A stretch of 64,000 nt of DNA, from the IMG/VR virus record IMGVR_UViG_3300042889_001272, positions 124,001 through 188,000 of that record; one strand, given 5' to 3'. The notes under the pieces are model-generated. The model saw only the letters and a program-made list of their open reading frames with translations. It was not told where the DNA came from and made no database searches. Positions 46,930-56,653 of the stretch are shown one piece after another; the stretch's first letter is position 1; each line of letters opens with the position of its first letter. The position numbers and the translations under genes are program-made.

Positions 46930-48008
46930 CTGTATATAAAAGGATCTCGTTTGCGTAGTTCTTCTAAGCGTTTCTTTAATTTGACTTGAAACTGTACTTC
47001 CGGATGTTCGTGGTCAAATGTTTTATAAAGATCCAGCAATGATGTAATTGTTTTTTCTAGTTCGGAATTAAACTTGTTGGCATCTATGGCTGTGATAATA
47101 TCTCTGTATTCATCACTGTTAAAACAATAATGTCCACTGACACTCACTGCAATGTCCAAATCAGTAACACCGACTGGAACCCACCGTTGCCAATAATTTT
47201 TACTGTACACATAGTCTGCAAACTTAGACCATAGTTCCTTGGGTGCAAACTCTTTTAACAAGTCTGTTTGTACTTTGCCTAACTGCGGCGCAATATTTAA
47301 ACTATCAACATCGGCATCTATTCTTTTTTGTATATCATCGGCAGTAAAGTAGTCGGCATTATGTTCTTTGAATAAAAAGCCTGCGGCACGTATTTGTTCG
47401 CCGATTACTTGATTACGTGCAACATCAAATGTGCCGGCTTGCCCGTCTTTGGTTAGACTGCCTGTTTGTGTTACAAAGAATTTAACATTATTTTTATAAG
47501 GATTTAAAAATCCCAGTTGTATGTCGATTCTAGCTAGACTACTATCAACATCTATACCCGTGTTGTCCTCACTGCCAAATTCCAGCATAATATCAGGATT
47601 CAAACTTAATGCATATTCAATTAATTGCTTTGCATAATGTAATTGGTTATCTTTAATACGACTAACATCAATATGTATTAAATCAAATCTAGAGGCAATA
47701 TCAGCCGATATAGTTTTCATACAACGAATGATTGCATCTTCAATGGACAGTCCTCGATCTAAATCACTGAAGTAAGGCCCGCAATGATCTCTGCACAACA
47801 GCAAGTTTGGATTTTTATATTGTTTTACTTGTTCTGCTAATTCAGCAGTAGTACAAACATATCCTGTAACATAGTCAACTTGATTGCGGCTGGCAATAAT
47901 CATCAATGGATAATTATTATCTCTTGTATGTTTAGCAAGGATTGATATAATTTCCTTGCTCATTGGTCCGAAGCCCAATTTAAATTGTTTCATATTGTCT
48001 GCTTTCAA
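46926..48008 (-). CDS. GatZ/KbaZ-like (tagatose-bisphosphate aldolase/epimerase-like TIM-barrel) protein
   Basis: IIASRNQVD, RDHCGP, IHID, EHNAD, NIAPQLG. Confidence 0.6.
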   Translation of the reverse strand: MKADNMKQFKLGFGPMSKEIISILAKHTRDNNYPLMIIASRNQVDYVTGYVCTTAELAEQVKQYKNPNLLLCRDHCGPYFSDLDRGLSIEDAIIRCMKTISADIASRFDLIHIDVSRIKDNQLHYAKQLIEYALSLNPDIMLEFGSEDNTGIDVDSSLARIDIQLGFLNPYKNNVKFFVTQTGSLTKDGQAGTFDVARNQVIGEQIRAAGFLFKEHNADYFTADDIQKRIDADVDSLNIAPQLGKVQTDLLKEFAPKELWSKFADYVYSKNYWQRWVPVGVTDLDIAVSVSGHYCFNSDEYRDIITAIDANKFNSELEKTITSLLDLYKTFDHEHPEVQFQVKLKKRLEELRKRDPFIYR

Positions 48009-48720
48009 TTTCGTTGTAGAGTTCTTCGCTGGGTTTTATCCCAGTGTAAATCTCAAATTGTTTTAAGAATTGACTGCGATAAAACTCACGCCCAGATACA
48101 TATTTAATATTATAATTCTGACATTGTTGTTTAAACTCGTTGTTCTTAATGGCCAAGTCGATTACCAACCTTGTGTCGGGGGGTATTTGTCCCAACATAT
48201 ATGGACTTTCATCAGTGCTTGTTCCCAATGCTGTACAGTTAATTATGATGTTTGCAGTCTTATACCGTTCATTCCATGTACTTAGATTCCTGGCACAAAC
48301 ATTTAAGTTTCCGTAATGTTCTTCTTCTAGATATTTAACGAACATACTGCCTATGGCTCCTGCACCCAAAATAGTTATTTTATCTGTTTTATTGATATGC
48401 TTGCAAACATGTTCAACGCCTGCTAGATCGGCATTGTATCCATGAGTCTGTCCTTTGTTTATCTTAATAGTATTACAACTATTGTAAAGTTGTACATAGG
48501 GATGTTTTTTATTCAAATATGATATAATGGACTGCTTAAAAGGCATACTAACACTGATTCCAGCGACGTCGTCTTCAATGGCCTGCGTTATTGCTTTTTC
48601 AATATCAGTACAGGCCAATGGTTCATATGTTGCATCTATATTATAGTGTTTAAAGAATTCTGTGTAAAAATATTGCCCAGTCTTTCCTGGAAATTTACTT
48701 AGACTTATAAATTTTTTCAT
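47980..48720 (-). CDS. shikimate dehydrogenase-like oxidoreductase
   Basis: SVSMPFK, CNTI, GYNAD, LGAGAIG, INCT, QF.IYTG. Confidence 0.85.
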   Translation of the reverse strand: MKKFISLSKFPGKTGQYFYTEFFKHYNIDATYEPLACTDIEKAITQAIEDDVAGISVSMPFKQSIISYLNKKHPYVQLYNSCNTIKINKGQTHGYNADLAGVEHVCKHINKTDKITILGAGAIGSMFVKYLEEEHYGNLNVCARNLSTWNERYKTANIIINCTALGTSTDESPYMLGQIPPDTRLVIDLAIKNNEFKQQCQNYNIKYVSGREFYRSQFLKQFEIYTGIKPSEELYNEIESRQYETI

Positions 48721-49055
48721 CGTTTGTACGCTCTTATTTCTCTTATTTTATTATCTTGATCAAAGTCTATAACATCTATTACTGGAATTGCAACTTTATT
48801 ATCTAATATAACTTTGATCTCTGCTATAACAGTATTATGGCCCATGGCAATTTTATCAATTTCTATTCGAATATTCCCCAACTGTGAAAACAATGTTTGA
48901 TTAAATGCCAATACATTTTCTCTGCCGATCATTTGTCCGTCCCAGTCTGTTAATATTACATTTTCAGCAAACATTGTTTCCAAGCTGGTCAAATCCTTTT
49001 CACTGAATGCTTTTAAGTAAAGCATGGCAATCTGACTCTGTGTGGCTTTACCCAC
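48717..49055 (-). CDS. SnoaL/NTF2-like protein
   Basis: YLKAFSEKD...FAENVIL.DW...G.E.V...DVIDF...KI.EIRAY. Confidence 0.8.
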   Translation of the reverse strand: MGKATQSQIAMLYLKAFSEKDLTSLETMFAENVILTDWDGQMIGRENVLAFNQTLFSQLGNIRIEIDKIAMGHNTVIAEIKVILDNKVAIPVIDVIDFDQDNKIREIRAYKR

Positions 49056-50601
49056 GATCTAACTCCGCAAATAGTTTAATACCCAAGTACCATAGGAATA
49101 TATCAAATGGAGCAGTGTGCAATGGGCTCATGTTCCAAAAGATTATCGGTATTAATTGTTGTACTTTATTATAATCTAAATTGTTATCTACGATGTATTT
49201 CTTCAACCGCTGTTGATATACGGTGATATGATCGACATTCGGAATACTCAATGTTACACTGCTGTCTTCGATTTCTATGTTAAAATTATGATTCTTAATG
49301 TTGGCATAGTTGATGATCAACCCCCCGGCCATTTTAGCCAAGTCGTAGTATATATCACCGTACTCGACTAGGCCTGCGAACTCATGTCGCCAGTCAATGA
49401 TCTTAAACTCTCCGCTGTCACTGATGACAATGTTATCAAACTGTAAATCACCGTGCAGGAATCCCGGGCGGGTAACTTGTGCAAAATATTCCCAGTCTAT
49501 CTTATTTAAATAATAACTATGGTCTCGGACTTCTATGCCGTCGATGTTGGTCACTGGTTTTAAACCAGGATACTTTTCTAAAAACTTGTTGATACGTGAC
49601 AGTGATTTTGTTTTATAGAACTCAATGCTGGCATCATGTATATCAGCATCTATGTCTCGCCACACATTTTTTTCCAGCCAATTAAGCAATTCATTGAATG
49701 CCACTGGATTGTTGAACTCGTATAATGTCTTGCCTGGAAAGAAATCATAGGCCATATAATTGCCGCTGTGCGTACAGTTGGCGGGGAAGACATGTGGATT
49801 AGCCAATACTTTGTCATACTTCTTTTTGGCAACTGTGTTATCTAGCCACCATTTAACTACACGATTGTTACAAATATATGTTACTTCGTCTTTTTTTGTA
49901 AAGTCGAATTTTTGGCTTTTACTTAATTCGGTTTGATATATTGTTGGACTGCCAAAGTCTAACCATGTATTAAGATTCGCAGTATCACTGCCTAGTTTAA
50001 TAATACCAATAAACTCATTACTGTGACTTTGTTCCAAGTCTGCAAAAAATGTTGTATAGTCATTTATATACATCAGCCCTGTAAATGCCGACCAAGTTGC
50101 AGGAGTAGTTTCTTTAAACTTGATCTCTTGTATATGAAAACTATTGTTTTTGTTAAACATTGTATAAAGATGCGTGTCTTGTTCAGGCACTGACTTAACA
50201 AAATAACAATCCTTGTTTCTAACTAAATCTACCACTGTTTGGTCAAAGTAAGTGTCACAGGGTACATACCAAAAAGGTGCATCTATTACCTCTTTACATT
50301 GTAGCAATGTGTATCCGGTTCCTGATTTAGCACTGGTCCAGTCGTTGATGTGTAAAAATTCTATATTTCTGTCACTATATGCTACATTACAAAAATCTAT
50401 AATTTGTTCTTTTAGATGTCCAACAGGTATAATAAACTTCGTATCCTTGGGAAAGTTATCTATGATATGTCCTAAAACTGGTTTATCTTTGTAAGGCAAT
50501 AATGCCTTATTAAGATTCTTAGTATAATTGCCCATTCTACTGCCAAGCCCGGCTGTAGGAATAACAACAGTATTACTCATGTTCGTAGCTGATTCTACCA
50601 T
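49048..50601 (-). CDS. nucleotidyltransferase fused to an APH/choline-kinase-like phosphotransferase
   Basis: N: IPTAGLGSRMG..K.LLP, PCD, WLDFG; C: HGDLQFDN, IIDWR, YDLAK. Confidence 0.85.
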   Translation of the reverse strand: MVESATNMSNTVVIPTAGLGSRMGNYTKNLNKALLPYKDKPVLGHIIDNFPKDTKFIIPVGHLKEQIIDFCNVAYSDRNIEFLHINDWTSAKSGTGYTLLQCKEVIDAPFWYVPCDTYFDQTVVDLVRNKDCYFVKSVPEQDTHLYTMFNKNNSFHIQEIKFKETTPATWSAFTGLMYINDYTTFFADLEQSHSNEFIGIIKLGSDTANLNTWLDFGSPTIYQTELSKSQKFDFTKKDEVTYICNNRVVKWWLDNTVAKKKYDKVLANPHVFPANCTHSGNYMAYDFFPGKTLYEFNNPVAFNELLNWLEKNVWRDIDADIHDASIEFYKTKSLSRINKFLEKYPGLKPVTNIDGIEVRDHSYYLNKIDWEYFAQVTRPGFLHGDLQFDNIVISDSGEFKIIDWRHEFAGLVEYGDIYYDLAKMAGGLIINYANIKNHNFNIEIEDSSVTLSIPNVDHITVYQQRLKKYIVDNNLDYNKVQQLIPIIFWNMSPLHTAPFDIFLWYLGIKLFAELDRG

Positions 50602-51022
50602 GTGTTCTACCTGCGTCGTCTTGTAATCGAATTACATCATCTAATTCTGTTGTGCTGGTTTCCATGAATTCTAAATCAGTGTCAGCGATTACTCTGTGTA
50701 CATAGCCTGGTTGTACATTGAATACAACACCGGCTTTAAGTTCTATACGTTCGAATGTATATTCGTAGGCTTCTACTTGCCTAGACGTCATGCCTTGTTC
50801 TAAAAACTTGGCAATGTCCAGTGGTTCTCGACTGCGATGTAACATGCCTGTGCCGCTGAGAACGTAGTTAGTTTCTATCTTATATTCGTGTACTTGTAAG
50901 CTGGTTCTATTGCCCGCTTTGAATAAAATACGTTTACTGGCATACGGAGTTTGGCTTCCATCTGCAATCCAAAGCTCGTAGCCCCAGTGTTTAGTTACTT
51001 TTTTAATTTTCATCATGCCCAT
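50573..51022 (-). CDS. cupin (mannose-6-phosphate isomerase-like)
   Basis: KHWGYE, SLQVHEYK.ET, PGYVHR, EtST.ELDDVIRLQDD.GR. Confidence 0.85.
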   Translation of the reverse strand: MGMMKIKKVTKHWGYELWIADGSQTPYASKRILFKAGNRTSLQVHEYKIETNYVLSGTGMLHRSREPLDIAKFLEQGMTSRQVEAYEYTFERIELKAGVVFNVQPGYVHRVIADTDLEFMETSTTELDDVIRLQDDAGRTHGRISYEHE

Positions 51023-51810
51023 CCATTTTCTTTTAACTTTGTTAATACTATGTTATATGCTTCATTATGCCCGTCGGGTCCAGTATGCCACGTTTTAATT
51101 TCATCTGGATATTTGACACTTAATTCTCCCCAGGACAATCTAACTAAATTTTCTTCATCCATGTACTTAGCATATTCTTCTGGCTCTTGTGTCAGCATCA
51201 AATGTTTAATATTATGTTTCTTTAACAGTTGATGTGCCATGGTCATTACCCCAATACTTTGTAATCGATTTATCCTAGGGTCGTGTATAGTTGTGGCAAA
51301 GTCGTACAGTGTTTTCATTCTTTCTTTTGGTTCATTTTGAAATCTAGCATAATAGCCAGAATACTTGTCATCTTTTCTAAATGTTTCCCAAAAGTCAATT
51401 ACACCCATGTAATTTTCAGTGAACATTCCGCCCTTGTACAAAGGATCATCTTGCATGGGATGCTTGTCTAAAACTTGATGATATGTTTCTGCTCTATAAG
51501 GAGGATATTGATGATAATTAACATCGACATTTGTTATTTCATGTCCGAATTTGTAGTCCATGGGAAACCAATCAACCCTGTCATAACTAGTATGACTCAC
51601 TAATACAATGTCATCTTCTGATGCAATATTTTTTACTGCATATTCTGCCTGCAAGTAAATGCTTAGATTCGTACTAGATCCTTTGGCAAGATTAAACAAC
51701 TCTCTTTCAAGGTTGTTTGCCAATAATACTCCATATGGTTCTGTATGCAAATCTATGCACCCAATACCAATATTAAAACTATCACCACATATTATTAATT
51801 TTTTAGACAT
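51013..51810 (-). CDS. SGNH/GDSL-like protein (likely start 51810)
   Basis: ICGDSFN, NLAKGSSTN, C-terminal HTGPDGH. Confidence 0.6.
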   Translation of the reverse strand: MSKKLIICGDSFNIGIGCIDLHTEPYGVLLANNLERELFNLAKGSSTNLSIYLQAEYAVKNIASEDDIVLVSHTSYDRVDWFPMDYKFGHEITNVDVNYHQYPPYRAETYHQVLDKHPMQDDPLYKGGMFTENYMGVIDFWETFRKDDKYSGYYARFQNEPKERMKTLYDFATTIHDPRINRLQSIGVMTMAHQLLKKHNIKHLMLTQEPEEYAKYMDEENLVRLSWGELSVKYPDEIKTWHTGPDGHNEAYNIVLTKLKENGWA

Positions 51811-52600
51811 CTTTATATTTCTCTTCCCACCATTCATTTTGTTTATTTCTCAAATCCTGAAAACTATGTTCATGTTTTATCATACCATTTTCAAACATAT
51901 CATTTATATTATCTCTTAATATCACACAATCCATGTATCTGTGAAGTAAGTTATCTATAGTCTTGCCGCGCTCTATTAAATATCTTGCAAATAAACTATG
52001 AATATCATATTTGTTCGAAATAGTTTCGTTGTAATAGTATACATAATAATCAAAAAACTCAGACAGTATTTTAAACATTTCCCAATCTACCATTAGACAC
52101 GTATCATTAGTGGAAAAATAATCGCTGTTTGGATCAGTGCTTAATCCGCCGATGCTGTGCATGTGGTCAGGAATAGGTAGCTGATTATTAAAATTTTTAA
52201 TAGGCTGTAGATAACGAATATATAAATCTGGGCGCCATAATAATATCTTATTGTACTGTCTTACATGTTGCATTGACAACAAAACTTGATAAGCATATTT
52301 CCATTTAAATGCCATGCCGATTGTAGGGTGATATGCAAATTCAGGATTTTGTTTTAATTGTTGTTCCGTAAACATCATTTTATTATCTACTAATAAGTTT
52401 ATTGATGAAAAGTTTACACTACTTCTATTAATAGTATTTGCTATAATATCAGTAGTACACTCTGTATGCATATCAGTTGACTGCGGATTATAAATTTTAT
52501 TTTCAGTGATTAAATAATAATCAGCATCAATTATCCAACTGCTGGACGCTTCGACTAGATGTCGCATCACTCCAGAAATTATAATCGCAGTGTTAGACAT
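51803..52600 (-). CDS. hypothetical protein, SGxxR family (glycan-related, uncharacterised)
   Basis: AIIISGVMR, RPDL, ND..; resembles 53509 and 54407. Confidence 0.6.
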   Translation of the reverse strand: MSNTAIIISGVMRHLVEASSSWIIDADYYLITENKIYNPQSTDMHTECTTDIIANTINRSSVNFSSINLLVDNKMMFTEQQLKQNPEFAYHPTIGMAFKWKYAYQVLLSMQHVRQYNKILLWRPDLYIRYLQPIKNFNNQLPIPDHMHSIGGLSTDPNSDYFSTNDTCLMVDWEMFKILSEFFDYYVYYYNETISNKYDIHSLFARYLIERGKTIDNLLHRYMDCVILRDNINDMFENGMIKHEHSFQDLRNKQNEWWEEKYKDV

Positions 52601-53549
52601 ATAACTTATGTTGCTTAATATATCTTACTAATTCATTAGCCCATGCTTCATGACCTTCCGGGCTAGGATGCCAGCCAGTCAAAGGAGGATTGACATTATT
52701 AACAGGATCTTCTATGTAACTCTTAAAAGTATTATTGGAGTGATCTTTTTTATAAAATCTAACAGGATCTATACTATCCCATAGTGCAGTATAATCATTG
52801 ACGTGCAGTTCGCGAAGCATTGGATTTTTAGATTGTTGATATTTATGACCACCAATACTGCCTTTTAACTTTTTAACTTCGTCACTGACTTTTAAATCCT
52901 GCCAATCATTAGGATTGGCATTGGGCGTTTGATAGAAAGCATTAAAGCACATCCATTTAATATTATTAACTCTGCAAAAGTTCTGCAACTGCAAAACATT
53001 TAATACATATCTAGGAATATATTCTTCGGCATGCCATAGATATGCAACATATAATTCCCAGAATTTTTCCTGGGCAACTGCATCAAAGTGCGGGACCTGC
53101 GGCCACAATCTAAATAGATGCGATAACCCATCGTCTTTATACCAAAAGCTATTGCGTTCAGGACTTGTCCAGCCAATTATAACAAACAACTTATCAGTTG
53201 GAATATTATTTGCTATATATTTTTGAGAAATATAGTTAATAGTTCTACGTAGAATAGTACCGTTGTCATCGGCTGGCCAACTGAGATTAGTCACTGGAAC
53301 TTTTAAAAGTTTTGCCAAATGTGTGGGGAAAATTTTAGGCGTTCTATAAGCATCATTTTCTTCTACAAAATCATAATGCCCCGGGTGTGTATCATCTGGA
53401 TATCTTTTTGCAATATTAGGATCGACGATTTCACAGCCAAATGTCCAGCTGTCACCGTCACATATAATTTCTGGTTCTATGTTGACATCGATGATGTCAA
53501 CCATTCGTTTAGATGTACCACTCAAACCATTTCCTCCTAATTTCTTCAT
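52593..53549 (-). CDS. SGNH/GDSL-like protein
   Basis: CDGDSWT, NLSWPADDN, IGWTSPER, HPSPEGHEAWA. Confidence 0.65.
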   Translation of the reverse strand: MKKLGGNGLSGTSKRMVDIIDVNIEPEIICDGDSWTFGCEIVDPNIAKRYPDDTHPGHYDFVEENDAYRTPKIFPTHLAKLLKVPVTNLSWPADDNGTILRRTINYISQKYIANNIPTDKLFVIIGWTSPERNSFWYKDDGLSHLFRLWPQVPHFDAVAQEKFWELYVAYLWHAEEYIPRYVLNVLQLQNFCRVNNIKWMCFNAFYQTPNANPNDWQDLKVSDEVKKLKGSIGGHKYQQSKNPMLRELHVNDYTALWDSIDPVRFYKKDHSNNTFKSYIEDPVNNVNPPLTGWHPSPEGHEAWANELVRYIKQHKLYV

Positions 53550-54426
53550 AGTTATAAATTGAATTCAATTTTGCTTCCACTGCGGTGCTTCGCATCACTG
53601 CATATTCAAATGGATTTACGCAGTTTGGGTGTATGGATAATTCTGTCATGTAATTATATAATAAACAACCGGGTCCTAGCCATAATACTTTATCCAAGTT
53701 TAAACCACATTGATTCTTAAATTGATATTCCATGGGGCGGGAGATTTTATGAAAAGAATATAGATCTCCCATTAAATCCATGGTAGGACTATCACCATAA
53801 AATAACACATCATCAAAATTATTAGAATTAAATTCTGAGGCAAATTTGCTTACGGGTGTAGCTGTATAACAAACGCCTGGCCAAACTCGTTGTAAAGGAA
53901 ATCGATGACTAGGGTTGTAAATGACATCCAATCTTGCCTTAATAACTAAGTCATATTGAAAACTTTGTTTCAATTCATAGTCTCTTTTAAGCATTAAACT
54001 TCTTGCAAAGCTATAGAACATTGGATCCCAGGCACGTTTGAATTTTTCTTTATCAAATTCTTGTTGTATAAAACCCTTTGGCTTATATGTTTCTATAATG
54101 GCATCTCGATCATTGTGAATCACATCAGTATAAACAGTGATATCTGTTTTGGGCAAGCGCCATGTATTGGTATCCCATGTATGAATAAAGTAATCAGTTT
54201 CTACATCCAAGCCATTTTCTGGGTGCGGATATTCGTGTTCAAAGAAACGTTTAATGTTGGCAACACTTTCCTGCCAATAACGTGCTTGACCACTGAAGCA
54301 AACTGCAATTCTAAATTTTCTTTTAGGTTCCGCTGATAGCGGCTCTGGTATTTCAACCTGAATAGGCGCACTACGCAAATTGCCAGTAAGTGAGTCTATT
54401 TCAACATTAAATAAGCTCATGTCCAC
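53509..54426 (-). CDS. hypothetical protein, SGxxR family
   Basis: IAVCFSGQAR, FIHTW, YDLVIKARLD, DD.LFYG. Confidence 0.65.
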   Translation of the reverse strand: MDMSLFNVEIDSLTGNLRSAPIQVEIPEPLSAEPKRKFRIAVCFSGQARYWQESVANIKRFFEHEYPHPENGLDVETDYFIHTWDTNTWRLPKTDITVYTDVIHNDRDAIIETYKPKGFIQQEFDKEKFKRAWDPMFYSFARSLMLKRDYELKQSFQYDLVIKARLDVIYNPSHRFPLQRVWPGVCYTATPVSKFASEFNSNNFDDVLFYGDSPTMDLMGDLYSFHKISRPMEYQFKNQCGLNLDKVLWLGPGCLLYNYMTELSIHPNCVNPFEYAVMRSTAVEAKLNSIYNYEEIRRKWFEWYI

Positions 54427-55255
54427 CTAATTCTCCTTCTAATCCTGATTTTATTTTTCTATCTAAGTAGTCCTGACTCCTGAATATTTTAGGATCAACT
54501 GACAATGGGGATATTTCTATGTTTAACATCTTTGCATAAAAATACAATGCGTGTTCTGGGCCCACTAGATTATTACTGTTAAAACTTTTCTTTCCTATAA
54601 TCGGCAACCATCTATAAAATTCACAGATGCGGTTAAATGTAACAGTGTCAGCAAACCAAAATACGTCGCCCAATCTATGAAAAGGAAATTGTTCAGGATC
54701 TTTTCTAGTATGACAAGTATAAAAAGTATTAACTTCTGGATACACTAGATCATATCTTACAAAATGATCAATTTGATAATCATCAAAAAACATGTCGTAT
54801 CTTATCTTGATGCATAAATCATAATGAAAATCATTTTCGAACTCGTGAATTTTCTTTAAGTGAGCGGCTCTCATCACGCTATAGAATTGGCCGGCGGCCC
54901 AATCTAATTTAGTTTCACCGTGCTCATTGAGATGTACAGCATTTTGTTCGCGCACATCTTTGATTTTATTTTTGTTAGAAAATTCATCTTCAAATACACA
55001 CGCTTTGGGTTTTATTATATCTACAAATCTCTTCTTTTCATCATCAGATATTTTGTCTCCGGGCACGGTATTATAATCCCAGCCTTCGTGCATTAACAAA
55101 CGATGGGGCGGCGAATTATAATCCCATACATGACAAAATATGTCTATGTCATCGACTTCGTATGATTGTTTGATTTTATCAATTAGTTTAAACCACGTAT
55201 GATAACATTTTTCCCATGTTCGGGGTTGTCCGCTGATACAAATAGCCACTTTCAT
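54407..55255 (-). CDS. hypothetical protein, SGxxR family
   Basis: VAICISGQPR, FCHVW, YDLCIKIRYD, GD.FWF, GPE. Confidence 0.65.
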   Translation of the reverse strand: MKVAICISGQPRTWEKCYHTWFKLIDKIKQSYEVDDIDIFCHVWDYNSPPHRLLMHEGWDYNTVPGDKISDDEKKRFVDIIKPKACVFEDEFSNKNKIKDVREQNAVHLNEHGETKLDWAAGQFYSVMRAAHLKKIHEFENDFHYDLCIKIRYDMFFDDYQIDHFVRYDLVYPEVNTFYTCHTRKDPEQFPFHRLGDVFWFADTVTFNRICEFYRWLPIIGKKSFNSNNLVGPEHALYFYAKMLNIEISPLSVDPKIFRSQDYLDRKIKSGLEGELGGHELI

Positions 55256-56652
55256 TTAGCATTTTTCCATTTAGTATAGTAAGGTTCAAACTCAGGAAAT
55301 GTAGCCAAAAAGTTTGTTCCTCTGCGTTTGTCGTGCTCATCCACAAACGCAACTAGATCCTTTTGATATACTGTAACTTCCTCTGGATCTTTTTGATTCA
55401 TTGTTAATTCATATATACGTTTAAATTTTTCAGCTTCCCATTTGAAAAATCCTTGATTAGCACTTCCATACCATTCACCGTTTTCTAAATTACGATACAT
55501 CATTGTTACTTGATTGAAAATATATTCTTTTGCCCAACTTTCTGGCATAACATGAAAGATGCTTTGGTGCGCTGGGTGCCTTAGAAACGGTGCATCTAAA
55601 ATTAACGGAGCATGAACATTGTTCCAGCCACCGAACTCGTTTTTAATATCTAATACATCTTGTAAGAATAACGAATATGTAGGTACACTAAGAACATTGT
55701 AGGTACTCATGATAGTAATAGTACACTCTGGGATTTCTTTTAATACCCTGCGGATGTTACTTAACCAAAGTTCATAATTCATACCATCACGAATATATTC
55801 TGCAGCCTTGCCATGAGCATCACAGCTTGTAAAGATTTTAAACTTTTTAACTTTCTTTTCTTCGCAGATAATTTTAACTTTTTCAAGGAATCTGTCAAAT
55901 AACTGTGGTGGCACACACAAATTGCTGTTAATGCTCAGGTGTATATCTGGATTAGGATTTTCAATGACATAGTCAAGAACTTTAAAAGTATCTTTACTTA
56001 GTAAAGGTTCTCCGCCAGTTATCCTAAAGTGCTGAAGTTCTTTATAAACAGTGGGCCACCATTTCCAGAATGCTTCCACATAAGGATTGTATTGATTGTG
56101 CGGAATAGGCATTTGATCAATTTGTTTAAGGCCAGCAATATCATTGAAACGGCCGTGTGTTGGATATGGGCCATGTTGTTTAACTTCTTCCATCCACAGA
56201 CTACTGACCTGTGGACTACAATAGCTACATTTAAAATTACAGACGTTACTGAAACTGACTTCCAGATAACTAGGAACAACGTCACTGTCCCATGGCAAAT
56301 TGCGAACTTCGTCAAAGTGAGGCTTTGCCCATACATCATAGCTCTTATAGATTCTATCGCTGAGTGCATCTGGTGCGCTGTCCTCTACTTTCCAGCAATA
56401 GTCACATTCTTTAGGACGGGCACCTTCCAACATTAACTTACGCTGTTCTTTTTTAAACTGTGTATTATGTAATGCACTGGGATTAGCGGCTAGTTCGTCT
56501 AAAGGAATTTTGTGCGTAGTGGGATGGTGACAACTGTGGTTGTGACCTGTTTGCAAATGCAGAGTTACCTGTTTCCACTTGGCAATACAAAAACTAGGAC
56601 TAACGTCGTTAATCTTTTTTTGAAATGCAATGATATCTTTATTGTGTTCCAT
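55252..56652 (-). CDS. radical SAM protein with N-terminal twitch-like domain
   Basis: CIAKW...SCHH...CDYC; CNFKCSYC; TGGEP; NSN. Confidence 0.92.
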   Translation of the reverse strand: MEHNKDIIAFQKKINDVSPSFCIAKWKQVTLHLQTGHNHSCHHPTTHKIPLDELAANPSALHNTQFKKEQRKLMLEGARPKECDYCWKVEDSAPDALSDRIYKSYDVWAKPHFDEVRNLPWDSDVVPSYLEVSFSNVCNFKCSYCSPQVSSLWMEEVKQHGPYPTHGRFNDIAGLKQIDQMPIPHNQYNPYVEAFWKWWPTVYKELQHFRITGGEPLLSKDTFKVLDYVIENPNPDIHLSINSNLCVPPQLFDRFLEKVKIICEEKKVKKFKIFTSCDAHGKAAEYIRDGMNYELWLSNIRRVLKEIPECTITIMSTYNVLSVPTYSLFLQDVLDIKNEFGGWNNVHAPLILDAPFLRHPAHQSIFHVMPESWAKEYIFNQVTMMYRNLENGEWYGSANQGFFKWEAEKFKRIYELTMNQKDPEEVTVYQKDLVAFVDEHDKRRGTNFLATFPEFEPYYTKWKNAK

Positions 56653-56653
56653 A

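Noticed and set aside
47980-48720. Calling the shikimate dehydrogenase-like gene aroE of aromatic amino acid synthesis
   Set aside because: No other aro genes, and it is embedded in a sugar-nucleotide module; symbol withheld
19301-56652. Labelling the rSAM genes moaA, nrdG or pqqE
   Set aside because: Only the generic CxxxCxxC/GGEP motifs are shared; no partner genes (moaC, nrdD, pqqA-D) in the window
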